A stretch of DNA of 64,000 nucleotides from a phage. Location: sequence record PZ496580.1; one strand, 5' to 3'. Both the position numbers and the translations under genes were made by a program. Below are positions 1 through 8,423 of this stretch, piece by piece. The notes under the pieces are model-generated. The model saw only the letters and a program-made list of their open reading frames with translations. It was not told the origin of the DNA and did not search any database. How positions within the stretch are numbered: position 1 is the stretch's first letter; every line of letters starts with the position of its first letter.

Positions 1-392
1 GATATCTCGTCGGTCATGTCTTCTTCCCCTAAGAGAGCACCATTTACCCATTCGTATTGTTCAGACACATAATCACAGATTGCATTATATTCTGCTGGGG
101 TTATGTTGTTATGTTTGTAATGTTTGAATACATTATCTCCAAAGTCTTCGGAGTGTACTTCATACATCACATTAATGATTTTCTTGACAAATCCATAATC
201 TTGCGTCTCACGCTCAAGGAAGCGAATAACCTTCACGTAATCATCAAAGTTAATCTGATCGCTGATCATCTCAGTGATCATGTAACCATTAATCCCCTCA
301 ATGCCATATGTTTCGATGTAATTATCCATACGTTCCATCATTGATTCGCGTGATTCTTCTGAAAGACGAAAATCCTGTAATTGTTTGAACAT
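1..392 (-). CDS. hypothetical protein, 5' part only (gene continues past window start)
   Basis: ATG at 392 preceded by GGGAGGT SD; frame open to position 1 (MFKQLQDFRLSEE...); absent from ORF track because no stop in window. Confidence 0.4.
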   Translation of the reverse strand, partial: MFKQLQDFRLSEESRESMMERMDNYIETYGIEGINGYMITEMISDQINFDDYVKVIRFLERETQDYGFVKKIINVMYEVHSEDFGDNVFKHYKHNNITPAEYNAICDYVSEQYEWVNGALLGEEDMTDEI

Positions 393-414
393 TTTAAACC
401 TCCCATATAACAGA

Positions 415-446
415 AAACGGGGCTAGTATAAAACTAGTCCCCGTTT
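415..446 (-). terminator. intrinsic terminator downstream of alt
   Basis: approx coords; GC-rich inverted repeat AAACGGGG..CCCCGTTT with 5-nt loop, followed on minus strand by U-rich run. Confidence 0.5.
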
Positions 447-470
447 GAGTCAACCATTATTTCTTAAAAA

Positions 471-2522
471 TTACATTTTAAATTTATCTGGCATTGCGTC
501 TACAGATACCAGATCAGCGATAAGCTGACGTAGAGTTGCCTTATCTGCTTTCTTACGTTCGGTTTTAGCTTCGGTAATGAAGCTGGAGAAAGAAAGGTCA
601 GAAGCAGGTTTAACAACACCTTCACGGATGAATGCATCACCGTCCGCGATCATCTCGCCAGATTCTTGTAATGCTGCCAGTTCATTTTTGTTCATAATAT
701 GTGCCTCAATGTAATAAGTTTCTTGTGAATCCGTTGATGCCGTAGCACGAGTTACCGTATCAAAGGATAACACAACACCGCGAGGAAGTAAAATCTCGCA
801 TTCTTTGTAAGCAAATGCCTTGTTACCTACTGGCAATACAGGGATGTTTTCCGCGCCAGCGATAGAGAAAGCAACATTAGCGCCACCTTCACCGCGAGAT
901 CCCGCCATAGAATCAACACCAGCAACGGCACTAGCCACGTTTGCATTCCACCCACCAAAAATATTAGGTGCAAGGGAAGTGCTCACATAGTTTTTAAAGT
1001 AAAACGCTTTTTGCTTACGTGCAGTTTCCCACATTTGAGACCGGAAGTCCATACCACGATACAGAATAGTACCAGGATCAAGTTTAACGCCATAGTTAGA
1101 GAAGGCATTATCCAGTGCATCACACATCTTGACCAATTCTTCTGGGTCTGCGATGCCATCAAACTCTTCCAGCTTACGATCGGTTAGGAAGTTGTTCATA
1201 TTGATGTATGCTGCATCGGCATATTCGCTCAACACAAAACCTTCCGCGCCAGGCAGGTCAAGATCAATATCTGCCATCATTTCACCCATGTTGCTAGCAA
1301 TTGCTTCAAACATACCGGAAGCAACATTACGCAGGGCATCGGTTTTAATCTGCGTGATGTGACTACGAAGCATTTCAGCTTTTACATCTGCTGGCATAGA
1401 CTGGTCTACTCGATCCATTGCTAAGGCAGTGATCTTGTTTTCGAATACTTCCTCGTTCATGATTTCTTTTAAGCGTTTGATTGATGCTGCGATAACTTCC
1501 GCAGACAACGGATCATATTGATCCTGAACTTTTACCAGTTCGCTTACTGCGTATTTTGCATCGGCCTCGCTTTCAAAAATAGTACGCATGAAACCATAGC
1601 GAGTGATAATATCACTTGTCCAATCATTCAGAGAACGCGCGGTTGAACGTTCTAAGGCTTGACGGTCAATCAGAGTATTAAACTGTTTCTTAGGTTCGGC
1701 TTCGGTGATATCTTCTTCCGGTTTAAGATTAATTTTTTCTGGATGATTCACATAGTCGCTGTTATAGGTCGCTTGAGTTTTCAGCATTTCTTCTTTAGTC
1801 AAACGAGATTTAGCCGCTACGCGTTGTTCTGCTTCCGCGTTTCGTTCTTCTTCTGACACAAGACTAGCCGCATACGCTTCATCTTTAGTCAGAGATTCGC
1901 CAGTAGCCTTAGATACCCAGCGATCACCTAAATCACTTTCTACTTTAGTGAACAAGGATTCATCAAGTTTAATCCCTTTAATCTTATCAATCGCCATCCC
2001 GCGACGTTTGACAACAACTAAAGCGATCTTTTTGCTGGTCATTACTTCCTGCTGGAATACTTCAAACTTCGGTGTACGACGCACCAAACGCTCTATAACG
2101 CGCTTAACCAGTTCGGTCTTACCTTTCATGCGGGATACGTTAAAACGGAACATAACAGCGTCTAATTGCGCTTTACGGGCTGTTTCCATAACCACATCAA
2201 AAGCACTTGCCATAACTGCAATCGGGTTATCGCCTAGACCATTTTTAAGCTGTACAATACGACCGCTTTTGTTCATTTCGCACAGTACAACATGTGCGGT
2301 CTTGTCACCCATACGAATGATTTTAGGTGTTTTGTTGGTGAAGTTACAAAGACGGACAATCACATCTTTATCGCGTGTCTGTACTGCAAAAAGCTGTTTA
2401 GGATTCTGCTTAGGCTTTAAGCACTGTACCGGGGCAATACTGCCAAAGTTTTCTTCCTCTTCTGTCAACAGCCATTTCTCGAAAGATTCAATCATTAGAT
2501 CGTCGATTTCTAAGTTAAACAT
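471..2522 (-). CDS. alt: Alt-like ADP-ribosyltransferase (virion-packaged RNAP-modifying enzyme)
   Basis: 683 aa (T4 Alt ~682 aa); C-terminal region has R (LYRGM), STS (YVSTSL) and ExE (KECEI) ART signature; sits after gene 30 as in T4. Confidence 0.7.
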   Translation of the reverse strand: MFNLEIDDLMIESFEKWLLTEEEENFGSIAPVQCLKPKQNPKQLFAVQTRDKDVIVRLCNFTNKTPKIIRMGDKTAHVVLCEMNKSGRIVQLKNGLGDNPIAVMASAFDVVMETARKAQLDAVMFRFNVSRMKGKTELVKRVIERLVRRTPKFEVFQQEVMTSKKIALVVVKRRGMAIDKIKGIKLDESLFTKVESDLGDRWVSKATGESLTKDEAYAASLVSEEERNAEAEQRVAAKSRLTKEEMLKTQATYNSDYVNHPEKINLKPEEDITEAEPKKQFNTLIDRQALERSTARSLNDWTSDIITRYGFMRTIFESEADAKYAVSELVKVQDQYDPLSAEVIAASIKRLKEIMNEEVFENKITALAMDRVDQSMPADVKAEMLRSHITQIKTDALRNVASGMFEAIASNMGEMMADIDLDLPGAEGFVLSEYADAAYINMNNFLTDRKLEEFDGIADPEELVKMCDALDNAFSNYGVKLDPGTILYRGMDFRSQMWETARKQKAFYFKNYVSTSLAPNIFGGWNANVASAVAGVDSMAGSRGEGGANVAFSIAGAENIPVLPVGNKAFAYKECEILLPRGVVLSFDTVTRATASTDSQETYYIEAHIMNKNELAALQESGEMIADGDAFIREGVVKPASDLSFSSFITEAKTERKKADKATLRQLIADLVSVDAMPDKFKM

Positions 2523-2563
2523 TTTATATCCTCTAGTTGATAACCTATAAACCTATATTTATG

Positions 2564-2588
2564 AAAAAGGGGCTTAACGCCCCTTTTA
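2564..2588. terminator. bidirectional hairpin terminator
   Basis: approx; AAAAGGGGC-loop-GCCCCTTTT with A-tract on one side and T-tract on the other. Confidence 0.45.
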
Positions 2589-2801
2589 TTATAATGCACC
2601 ATCAAGCAATTGCTCTAAGGTGTATCCTGAATAGTCTTTTTCAATCAGGATATATTTTCCTACTCGTTTAATCCAACCGCGCATTTCAACGTATTCTGCG
2701 TAGTTGATGGTACGAGTTGTTCCATCTTCCAGTAATGCAGTACCGATTTCGTTGATGCGGTCATAAGTTACGTCGGTAATGATGATTTCGATGTTAGCCA
2801 T
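2589..2801 (-). CDS. hypothetical small protein (70 aa)
   Basis: track ORF 2589..2852 trimmed to internal ATG (MANIEII...) because the upstream part overlaps the promoter -10; TAAGGAG SD. Confidence 0.5.
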   Translation of the reverse strand: MANIEIIITDVTYDRINEIGTALLEDGTTRTINYAEYVEMRGWIKRVGKYILIEKDYSGYTLEQLLDGAL

Positions 2802-2837
2802 TTGATACTCCTTAGTAGTTCGTTTCGGTATGTGTGC

Positions 2838-2866
2838 ATTATAGGGGATCACCGATCCCCTGTCAA
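2838..2866 (-). promoter_or_regulatory. sigma70-type early promoter cassette (PeSL-like)
   Basis: approx; TTGACA-17-TATAAT with palindromic spacer GGGGATCGGTGATCCCC, then conserved leader and SD. Confidence 0.6.
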
Positions 2867-2874
2867 CAACTTTT

Positions 2875-3393
2875 TTAGTTATTTTTTAATTGCTCATCTT
2901 GCAATAGGGCAATCACATGCTGGCGATGTTCTTCCGATTGAGGCACACCGAAAAAGTTTGTTTTGTAGAAATACTCTAATCGGTCTTCTCGTGTGCTCTC
3001 TTCCATCATGATCGCTGGTAGACCAAGATTGCGGAAACGTCGCTTTTCTGCTGGCGTAAAATCGCTGTAATACAGCATAGAATCATCATTACCAGCAATG
3101 CTAAACTCATCCTTCATGAAGGAGAATATTGCGTTTAAACGCTGTTTACCGTCCACGATTTCGATCTCATAGCGAGAGCCATCATCAATCTTAGCCATTG
3201 CGATAGCGCCTACCGGAAAATCATTAATCAGGTTTTCGATAAACATACGTTTGTTTTCTGTGTCCCATACCAAAGGACGCTGATAATCTGGGTTCATGTT
3301 GATATAGCCATCTTCTAACCATGCTTCGTAAACAGAGATGACAAAGTTTTTAGTATTGGTATAGTAACGGCGTTTAGGCGTTAAACGGTTCAT
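2875..3393 (-). CDS. DUF262 / ParB-Srx-like nuclease-NTPase domain protein
   Basis: 172 aa; DYQRPLVW ... DGKQRL motifs match the DUF262 N-terminal signature; ATGA overlap with upstream small ORF. Confidence 0.5.
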   Translation of the reverse strand: MNRLTPKRRYYTNTKNFVISVYEAWLEDGYINMNPDYQRPLVWDTENKRMFIENLINDFPVGAIAMAKIDDGSRYEIEIVDGKQRLNAIFSFMKDEFSIAGNDDSMLYYSDFTPAEKRRFRNLGLPAIMMEESTREDRLEYFYKTNFFGVPQSEEHRQHVIALLQDEQLKNN

Positions 3394-3569
3394 AATGTGC
3401 TTACCTTTTCAATATATGCGTCCGCATACTGGCGAATGCTCATTTCTTCTCGTACTGCTGCTACAAATTCTTTCATGGATTCAAACCATTTGTAGGTGTC
3501 GCGATACATGACCAACTCTTCCCAAGTAAGATCGCAAATCTCTTTACCGTGTAGTTGTGGTGTTATCAT
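3390..3569 (-). CDS. hypothetical small protein (59 aa, below ORF-track cutoff)
   Basis: ATG overlaps stop of zinc-ribbon gene (ATGA) and its stop overlaps the DUF262 ATG (ATGA); AGGAGAA SD. Confidence 0.4.
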   Translation of the reverse strand: MITPQLHGKEICDLTWEELVMYRDTYKWFESMKEFVAAVREEMSIRQYADAYIEKVSTL

Positions 3570-3901
3570 AATATAGTTCTCCTGAATGGATCATCACGTA
3601 AATCAATATCTTTTAAGAACTCATCCCATGAATGGCGGATATTGTTCTTAATTCTCCAGATAAGCGCAGGGATTGAACGCTCACCCATCTGGAAGTAAGG
3701 ATCATATGATCCGTATGCCCAATATGCTACTACAATTCCACAATCAGCGCAATAGTATTCTATCTCGCTTGCTGGCGACCAAAGTCCATCAATATGATCG
3801 GTGATCTTGCTTTCAATGTTATGACTATGGCAATTAGGGCAACGTATGCAATGACCTTGTTTATCGTAATTTGACGTTAGAGAATACTTAAACAATCTCA
3901 T
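3566..3901 (-). CDS. zinc-ribbon protein (CxxC..CxxC)
   Basis: 111 aa with CIRCPNCH and CADCG cysteine pairs; translationally coupled to the upstream methyltransferase-like gene. Confidence 0.45.
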   Translation of the reverse strand: MRLFKYSLTSNYDKQGHCIRCPNCHSHNIESKITDHIDGLWSPASEIEYYCADCGIVVAYWAYGSYDPYFQMGERSIPALIWRIKNNIRHSWDEFLKDIDLRDDPFRRTIL

Positions 3902-4617
3902 TATAGATCCTTATTGGCTTCAAATACTGCCTTTGCGAATCCTCGCGGGGTAAGTGACCTGATAGTCTTTGTTCTGGTTCCTTTCCCGCCTAGCTTAGAA
4001 TGCTGTTTGCTGTACCCTTTATTAATCGGCAACGGTTTCTTTTCTGGCATTATAAAGCCTTGTCCGGTCCACAAGCAAGTCTTTTTCGGGTACATATCAC
4101 GGGAGGCAATATACTCAGGAAACGTAGGATGTATATCATCTTCCGGCAAATAACCGCCATATTCCCACGGATGGAACATGTAATCAGGCTTACGCCACAT
4201 GCTAGAGATAACGCTTACAGGATTCTCTATCATGTAGGGAACTCCTAGCCATTCACCCAAATAAGCGGTTATTTTAGCTGCCCTTACATCATGAATTTGA
4301 ATTAATGGTCCTTGCTCTCGTTTCTTTCGTTCAAAGTGTGCAGCGCCACTAACAGCTAAATTGGTGCATGGTGGGAATGCAAATATAATATCCGGTTTCC
4401 CCCATTCAAGGTCCATTGCTCTTTCCAGCCAGTTCAAATCAATCCATGTGTTTACATAGGTAATGTTTGGATGTTCAAATCGGGTATTATATTTTTTGTA
4501 TGTACCGTGGTCGCCATCGTCAGCATTAAAGCAGATCACCTTATGACCTGCTTTAGCCCATTCTAGCCCCATTATCCCCGATCCGTCAAAGTTGCAGAAT
4601 ATTAATTTTTGTTTCAT
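3901..4617 (-). CDS. minimal C5-cytosine methyltransferase-like protein (no target-recognition domain)
   Basis: 238 aa; motif I-like FCNFDGSG, motif IV-like FPPCT (Pro-Cys nucleophile), motif VI-like ENP; much shorter than canonical DNA C5-MTases. Confidence 0.4.
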   Translation of the reverse strand: MKQKLIFCNFDGSGIMGLEWAKAGHKVICFNADDGDHGTYKKYNTRFEHPNITYVNTWIDLNWLERAMDLEWGKPDIIFAFPPCTNLAVSGAAHFERKKREQGPLIQIHDVRAAKITAYLGEWLGVPYMIENPVSVISSMWRKPDYMFHPWEYGGYLPEDDIHPTFPEYIASRDMYPKKTCLWTGQGFIMPEKKPLPINKGYSKQHSKLGGKGTRTKTIRSLTPRGFAKAVFEANKDL

Positions 4618-4859
4618 ATACGCCCCTTTAACCCAACACAGATTTTAGAAGGTTCTTTACCGTGCCACATTAAGTAAAGTCCGTTAGTGCGGCCTTGTTT
4701 TGTATATGATTCTTTTCTAATCTTCTTATAGTGTCGTGCTTCCTCAACCGATTGTTTAGAATACCAATCATAAAGGAAGATGAACAAAGGCCAACCATTA
4801 GCGGCCTTAATGCAGTTATTAAGAAATTCCTTATTGCGTTTAATTAATTTTCTTTTCAC
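4614..4859 (-). CDS. hypothetical protein (81 aa, basic)
   Basis: ORF track; overlaps neighbours by 4 nt at both ends (coupled). Confidence 0.4.
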   Translation of the reverse strand: MKRKLIKRNKEFLNNCIKAANGWPLFIFLYDWYSKQSVEEARHYKKIRKESYTKQGRTNGLYLMWHGKEPSKICVGLKGRI

Positions 4860-5107
4860 GCTGCCCCCGTTGGTTTGATAGTAACAGAATCTAAAAGACC
4901 TTTGTTAGCCAGTTCGCGGCAAGTTTTCAGATCCGCAACTTCCCAGCCAGCCGCAATCAGGTTATCAATCAGGCTGTTAGCAACTTCTTCGCTCATGAAA
5001 GAGCACTGTTTGCCGATGGTGTAGCGTACACGCTGTAATTTCAGTTTACGGAAGCCTTTAACGTTCAGGTCTTTAGCGATTTTCTTTGCGGTTTCGATGT
5101 TAGCCAT
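4856..5107 (-). CDS. hypothetical protein (83 aa)
   Basis: ORF track; ATG follows conserved leader and AGGAGAATC SD downstream of promoter cassette. Confidence 0.5.
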   Translation of the reverse strand: MANIETAKKIAKDLNVKGFRKLKLQRVRYTIGKQCSFMSEEVANSLIDNLIAAGWEVADLKTCRELANKGLLDSVTIKPTGAA

Positions 5108-5147
5108 TGTTTGATTCTCCTAAGTAGTATCTCGTCTTGATGTGTGT

Positions 5148-5176
5148 ATTATAGGGGATGGTGTCTCCCCTGTCAA
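5148..5176 (-). promoter_or_regulatory. sigma70-type early promoter cassette
   Basis: approx; TTGACA-17-TATAAT, GGGGA..TCCCC palindromic spacer. Confidence 0.55.
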
Positions 5177-5190
5177 CACTTTTTATAAAA

Positions 5191-5358
5191 TTATTTGTTA
5201 ATTTCCGGTGCGTTGCTCGGATAGTAACCTTCTTTAACTCCGAGGTATTTCGCAACCATCCCTACAATCTTCTGTGCTACTACAATGTCAAATTTCAGAT
5301 AATCTTCGCCGTGGGTTTCAATGATATATGCTTCACATGCTGCTTTAGTCTCGAACAT
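5191..5358 (-). CDS. hypothetical small protein (55 aa), copy 1 of duplicated gene
   Basis: MFETKAACEAYI...YYPSNAPEINK; about 90 percent nt identity to second copy at 8945..9112; follows conserved leader and SD. Confidence 0.45.
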   Translation of the reverse strand: MFETKAACEAYIIETHGEDYLKFDIVVAQKIVGMVAKYLGVKEGYYPSNAPEINK

Positions 5359-5391
5359 TTTGATTCTCCTATTTCGTTTCGGTATGTGTGT

Positions 5392-5420
5392 ATTATAGGG
5401 GATCTCCCGATCCCCGTCAA
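5392..5420 (-). promoter_or_regulatory. sigma70-type early promoter cassette
   Basis: approx; TTGACG-17-TATAAT. Confidence 0.5.
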
Positions 5421-5434
5421 CAACTTTTTTAAAA

Positions 5435-5716
5435 TTATTCGTGATTAGTTTCGATATTGTACATTTTGCACCAGTTCAGCCAATCGCCCAGATCTTGATA
5501 GTTGATGCTTTTATCTGCTGCCATAGTTTTTGTCTTGATACCCATATGTGCGTTATGAGTAAGCATTTTTACAGTGAACTCGATTTTATCGCCTTTAGCT
5601 TTAACATCAACCAGTTTGGTCCACTGGCTACCAGCGCCGCGAATGTTCATACCAACGATGTTTCCGATGTATGCTTCTTTGTTTTTCAGGATTTCGGTTG
5701 CTTTGATGAATTTCAT
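5435..5716 (-). CDS. hypothetical protein (93 aa)
   Basis: ORF track; conserved leader and SD upstream. Confidence 0.5.
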   Translation of the reverse strand: MKFIKATEILKNKEAYIGNIVGMNIRGAGSQWTKLVDVKAKGDKIEFTVKMLTHNAHMGIKTKTMAADKSINYQDLGDWLNWCKMYNIETNHE

Positions 5717-5749
5717 TTTTGATTCTCCAGTTCGTTTCGGTATGTGTGT

Positions 5750-5778
5750 ATTATGCTATGTTCTTACTTTGGTGTCAA
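5750..5778 (-). promoter_or_regulatory. sigma70-type early promoter cassette
   Basis: approx; TTGACA-17-CATAAT. Confidence 0.5.
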
Positions 5779-5786
5779 CAACTTTT

Positions 5787-6056
5787 TTAGATATTTTCAG
5801 AAATAAATTTTAAAACTTGACGTAAATGTTTCTCATCTTTGATAGTCGCCGGAAGTTCTTCTTTTACTTCCTGTGCAAGATAGATATTTCCGTTCCAAGT
5901 GAAAGATCCGTCTTCGTTTACGCGATAGCTGAACATCCACTCGCAATCATTTTCGATTTCATATACACACAGAAGGGTGTAATCATTAAAGCTGTTGATT
6001 TCAAGGTCGAGGCCGTGACGTTTTGCAAAGTTGGTAGTGGTTTTAGTCAATGCCAT
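5787..6056 (-). CDS. hypothetical protein (89 aa)
   Basis: ORF track; conserved leader and SD. Confidence 0.5.
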   Translation of the reverse strand: MALTKTTTNFAKRHGLDLEINSFNDYTLLCVYEIENDCEWMFSYRVNEDGSFTWNGNIYLAQEVKEELPATIKDEKHLRQVLKFISENI

Positions 6057-6096
6057 TGTTTGATTCTCCTAAGTGGTATCTCGTTTCGATAGGTGT

Positions 6097-6125
6097 ATTA
6101 TGATATAGGCGTGATCTGGTGTCAA
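6097..6125 (-). promoter_or_regulatory. sigma70-type early promoter cassette
   Basis: approx; TTGACA-17-CATAAT. Confidence 0.5.
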
Positions 6126-6146
6126 CAACTTTTTTAAAATTTAGGC

Positions 6147-6172
6147 AATAAAAAGCCGACACTAAGGTCGGC
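6147..6172 (-). terminator. intrinsic terminator (copy 1 of duplicated module)
   Basis: approx; GCCGAC-loop-GTCGGC followed on minus strand by TTTTTATTGCC; near-identical copy at ~6655..6680. Confidence 0.5.
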
Positions 6173-6177
6173 ACATT

Positions 6178-6495
6178 TTAAAAATTCTTGCTATATATGC
6201 AAGCCTCATAATCTAGAGGATGACCGCCAATCCTACCAGGCTTAATATTCCAACCGCATCGATATTTGCTGACCATGCTAACCGTTTCGGTTCTTAGAGC
6301 ATTTCTTTGCAAATCATACCCCCTAAATTCTTGTCTATAAGGACAGTCCGCTTTGCAAGTTGGCGGTTCTACGTCATTTAGCGGGTCAGAAGCAGTTGGC
6401 TTTATTATCAATTCTTTGTTTGCAATAATCATAAGCACATCCCATTGAAGGCAATTTAACATCTTCGCAATAAGTGTTGAATCCGTCAAATACAA
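6178..6495 (-). CDS. hypothetical Cys-containing protein (start uncertain)
   Basis: ORF track 105 aa; overlaps 6386..6565 in another frame; likely internal start (MIIANKEL...). Confidence 0.3.
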   Translation of the reverse strand: MYLTDSTLIAKMLNCLQWDVLMIIANKELIIKPTASDPLNDVEPPTCKADCPYRQEFRGYDLQRNALRTETVSMVSKYRCGWNIKPGRIGGHPLDYEACIYSKNF

Positions 6496-6565
6496 TCACT
6501 TCGTATTTGACTCCATCGGCGATAGCTTTTACTTTATACCATCCATGCTTGTATAAAATCTTCAT
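6386..6565 (-). CDS. hypothetical small protein (~59 aa)
   Basis: track ORF trimmed to ATG after GAGGGA SD in conserved leader. Confidence 0.35.
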   Translation of the reverse strand: MKILYKHGWYKVKAIADGVKYEVIVFDGFNTYCEDVKLPSMGCAYDYCKQRIDNKANCF

Positions 6566-6599
6566 CTTTATTTCCCTCAATCTCGTTTCGATGGGTGTA

Positions 6600-6628
6600 T
6601 TATGCTATAGGCGTGATCTGGTGTCAAT
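6600..6628 (-). promoter_or_regulatory. sigma70-type early promoter cassette
   Basis: approx; TTGACA-17-CATAAT. Confidence 0.5.
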
Positions 6629-6654
6629 GCCTTTTTTTTTAAAAATTTTATGCA

Positions 6655-6680
6655 ATAAAAAGCCGACACTAAGGTCGGCT
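6655..6680 (-). terminator. intrinsic terminator (copy 2 of duplicated module)
   Basis: approx; same GCCGACACTAAGGTCGGC hairpin plus T-tract as at ~6147..6172. Confidence 0.5.
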
Positions 6681-6687
6681 AATAAAA

Positions 6688-6996
6688 TCATTTAGACAAA
6701 TAATCATTCTGTGCAATCCGGTCGGCGTATGCTGGTGTTATGTCAATCGCCAGCACTTTAACGCGTGCTTTCTTGCGACCTGAGTTTTCTCGTAACCAGT
6801 GCTCATGACCGTGAACATTTTTATACTTTGATGCTGTTTCGAAAGTACGGATCGGACCTGGGTAATCAGCGTAAAGGATCTCTAGGTCTTCGGTGATGTA
6901 AAAATATACATCATAATTACTGTTCTCTAGTTTAAGCAGAGAGTTGCGTAATTGTGGTAAATTCTCGCGGGTAAATTCAACTACAAGATTTTTCAT
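6688..6996 (-). CDS. paralog family member A (HxHW / VLAxDV motif family)
   Basis: track ORF trimmed to ATG with GAGGAT SD; shares YFYI..D, H.HW and VLAIDI motifs with five neighbouring ORFs. Confidence 0.5.
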   Translation of the reverse strand: MKNLVVEFTRENLPQLRNSLLKLENSNYDVYFYITEDLEILYADYPGPIRTFETASKYKNVHGHEHWLRENSGRKKARVKVLAIDITPAYADRIAQNDYLSK

Positions 6997-7021
6997 AGTG
7001 ATATCCTCATTCAGATAGATT

Positions 7022-7040
7022 AAAAGGGGCTTAACGCCCC
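7022..7040 (-). terminator. hairpin terminator
   Basis: approx; GGGGC-TTAA-GCCCC with flanking A/T runs. Confidence 0.4.
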
Positions 7041-7045
7041 ATATA

Positions 7046-7333
7046 TTAAAACAGTCCTTCCTGTACACCGTAGTAGAGTTCATCGCTGATAATTTCATTA
7101 ATGCGACGGTGTGCATATTCCTGATTTGCGAAGTTGTCAGCAAGTTCTACTTTAGTTTCGCCGTCATGAGTCCATTTAGTGATAACTTTACCATCTGCAA
7201 ATTTGAAGTTGAACTCTTTAGCTACTGCATCGCGTACCAGACGTGCAAACTTGTTGTTACGGATTGCATTATCGGTCTCGTGTGCAGCGTGAGCAAATTT
7301 GTTAACTTTCAGCGTGATAGTGATGTATGCCAT
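7046..7333 (-). CDS. hypothetical protein (95 aa)
   Basis: ORF track; conserved leader and SD. Confidence 0.5.
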   Translation of the reverse strand: MAYITITLKVNKFAHAAHETDNAIRNNKFARLVRDAVAKEFNFKFADGKVITKWTHDGETKVELADNFANQEYAHRRINEIISDELYYGVQEGLF

Positions 7334-7373
7334 TGTTTGATTCTCCTAAGTGGTATCTCGTTTCGATGGGTGT

Positions 7374-7402
7374 ATTATGCTATACACCCGATCTTATGTC
7401 AA
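7374..7402 (-). promoter_or_regulatory. sigma70-type early promoter cassette
   Basis: approx; TTGACA-17-CATAAT. Confidence 0.5.
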
Positions 7403-7407
7403 CACTT

Positions 7408-7686
7408 TTATAAAATAATTTTTTGATATTTTTCTATGATGTTTGAGTAGGTCACATCAACCGCTAGCACCGTTGCTTCGAATCCACCGTCTAGCCAATG
7501 GCTATGGTCATGATCGTGAAAGAAACCAAGACCAGTACGAAGACCTTCTTTATATTCGGCGCGTACATTCAGTTTGTCGTCGATAAACAGATAAAACCAT
7601 GAATTTTTACTAGGATTGATGATACAACCTTTCAGATTAGGGAGAATATCACGACTAAGAATAAACTTATCACCTACTTTGAACAT
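7408..7686 (-). CDS. paralog family member B
   Basis: trimmed to MFKVGD start with GTGAGGA SD; motifs WFYLFIDD, HDHSHWL, VLAVDV. Confidence 0.5.
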   Translation of the reverse strand: MFKVGDKFILSRDILPNLKGCIINPSKNSWFYLFIDDKLNVRAEYKEGLRTGLGFFHDHDHSHWLDGGFEATVLAVDVTYSNIIEKYQKIIL

Positions 7687-7709
7687 AATATTGTCCTCAC
7701 TTATAAAGT

Positions 7710-8009
7710 TTAACTGTTGTTTTTCTCGTAATGCTGCATACGTGCTTGATCTGCTTCCGCTGGTGATAGATTCCATGCGATCACTACAACTTCTGACGCA
7801 TCATGATCATTATCACTTACCCAATGATTATGATTCATACAATTGTTTGCTATCGCGTGAGCAAATGATCTCATTACAGGAGACGTATAATCATAGTAAC
7901 GGATTTTCAGATTTTCATCAACGTACAAATAGATCGTATAAGGTTTATATTCAGTAACCAGTAACAGACAGTTACGCAATTCTGGGAAAATCTTTTTAGT
8001 TAATTTCAT
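7710..8009 (-). CDS. paralog family member C
   Basis: ORF track; motifs IYLYVDE, NHNHW, VVVIAWN. Confidence 0.45.
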   Translation of the reverse strand: MKLTKKIFPELRNCLLLVTEYKPYTIYLYVDENLKIRYYDYTSPVMRSFAHAIANNCMNHNHWVSDNDHDASEVVVIAWNLSPAEADQARMQHYEKNNS

Positions 8010-8211
8010 ATTCTAGTTCTCCGTAATACACGGTAATCCATTTTTCTTCATACTTTGTATCTTTCCAGCACACAATCCCGTTTACTGCGCAATCTTTGGA
8101 ATTGACGAATGATTCATATTGTTCTGCATCTTCCATCATTGCATGAGCGGTCTTTTCATCGAATATATCGCAGATCGCTTTATATGCTCGATAATCTTTA
8201 AATTTGCTCAT
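7996..8211 (-). CDS. hypothetical protein, MSKFKDY tandem duplicate 1
   Basis: trimmed to MSKFKDYRAY; paralogous to adjacent 8214..8423 (shared MSKFKDY..AY...MMEDA..W(K)(D/E)T.Y). Confidence 0.4.
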   Translation of the reverse strand: MSKFKDYRAYKAICDIFDEKTAHAMMEDAEQYESFVNSKDCAVNGIVCWKDTKYEEKWITVYYGELEYEIN

Positions 8212-8213
8212 AA

Positions 8214-8423
8214 TTAACACCATTCAAGAGTTTTTGAAAACACGTCTATCCATTGTTGAGTGTAGCATGTTTCTTTCCATGATACAATACGAGTAGAATA
8301 ATGGTTTTTGTTTCCAGAAAAGGACGGGCATTTTGATGCATCTTCCATCATCTTTTCGGCGAACTCTGGTTCGTATACCCGCAGGATCTGTTGATATGCT
8401 TTATAATCTTTAAATTTGCTCAT
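8214..8423 (-). CDS. hypothetical protein, MSKFKDY tandem duplicate 2
   Basis: ORF track; same N-terminal nucleotide motif as neighbour. Confidence 0.45.
   Translation of the reverse strand: MSKFKDYKAYQQILRVYEPEFAEKMMEDASKCPSFSGNKNHYSTRIVSWKETCYTQQWIDVFSKTLEWC

Noticed and set aside
57-344. Plus-strand 95-aa ORF at the window start
   Set aside because: Antisense to a minus-strand ORF that has a good SD and ATG at 392 and continues to the window edge; the minus-strand reading fits the surrounding gene orientation
1948-2550. Plus-strand ORFs inside alt (1129..1362, 1659..1856, 1948..2550)
   Set aside because: Shadow ORFs antisense to a long, motif-supported ADP-ribosyltransferase gene; no promoter or SD context
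2540-2560. Late promoter upstream of alt
   Set aside because: Only a one-mismatch variant (CATAAATA-like) of TATAAATA was seen and my indexing there is uncertain; too weak to annotate
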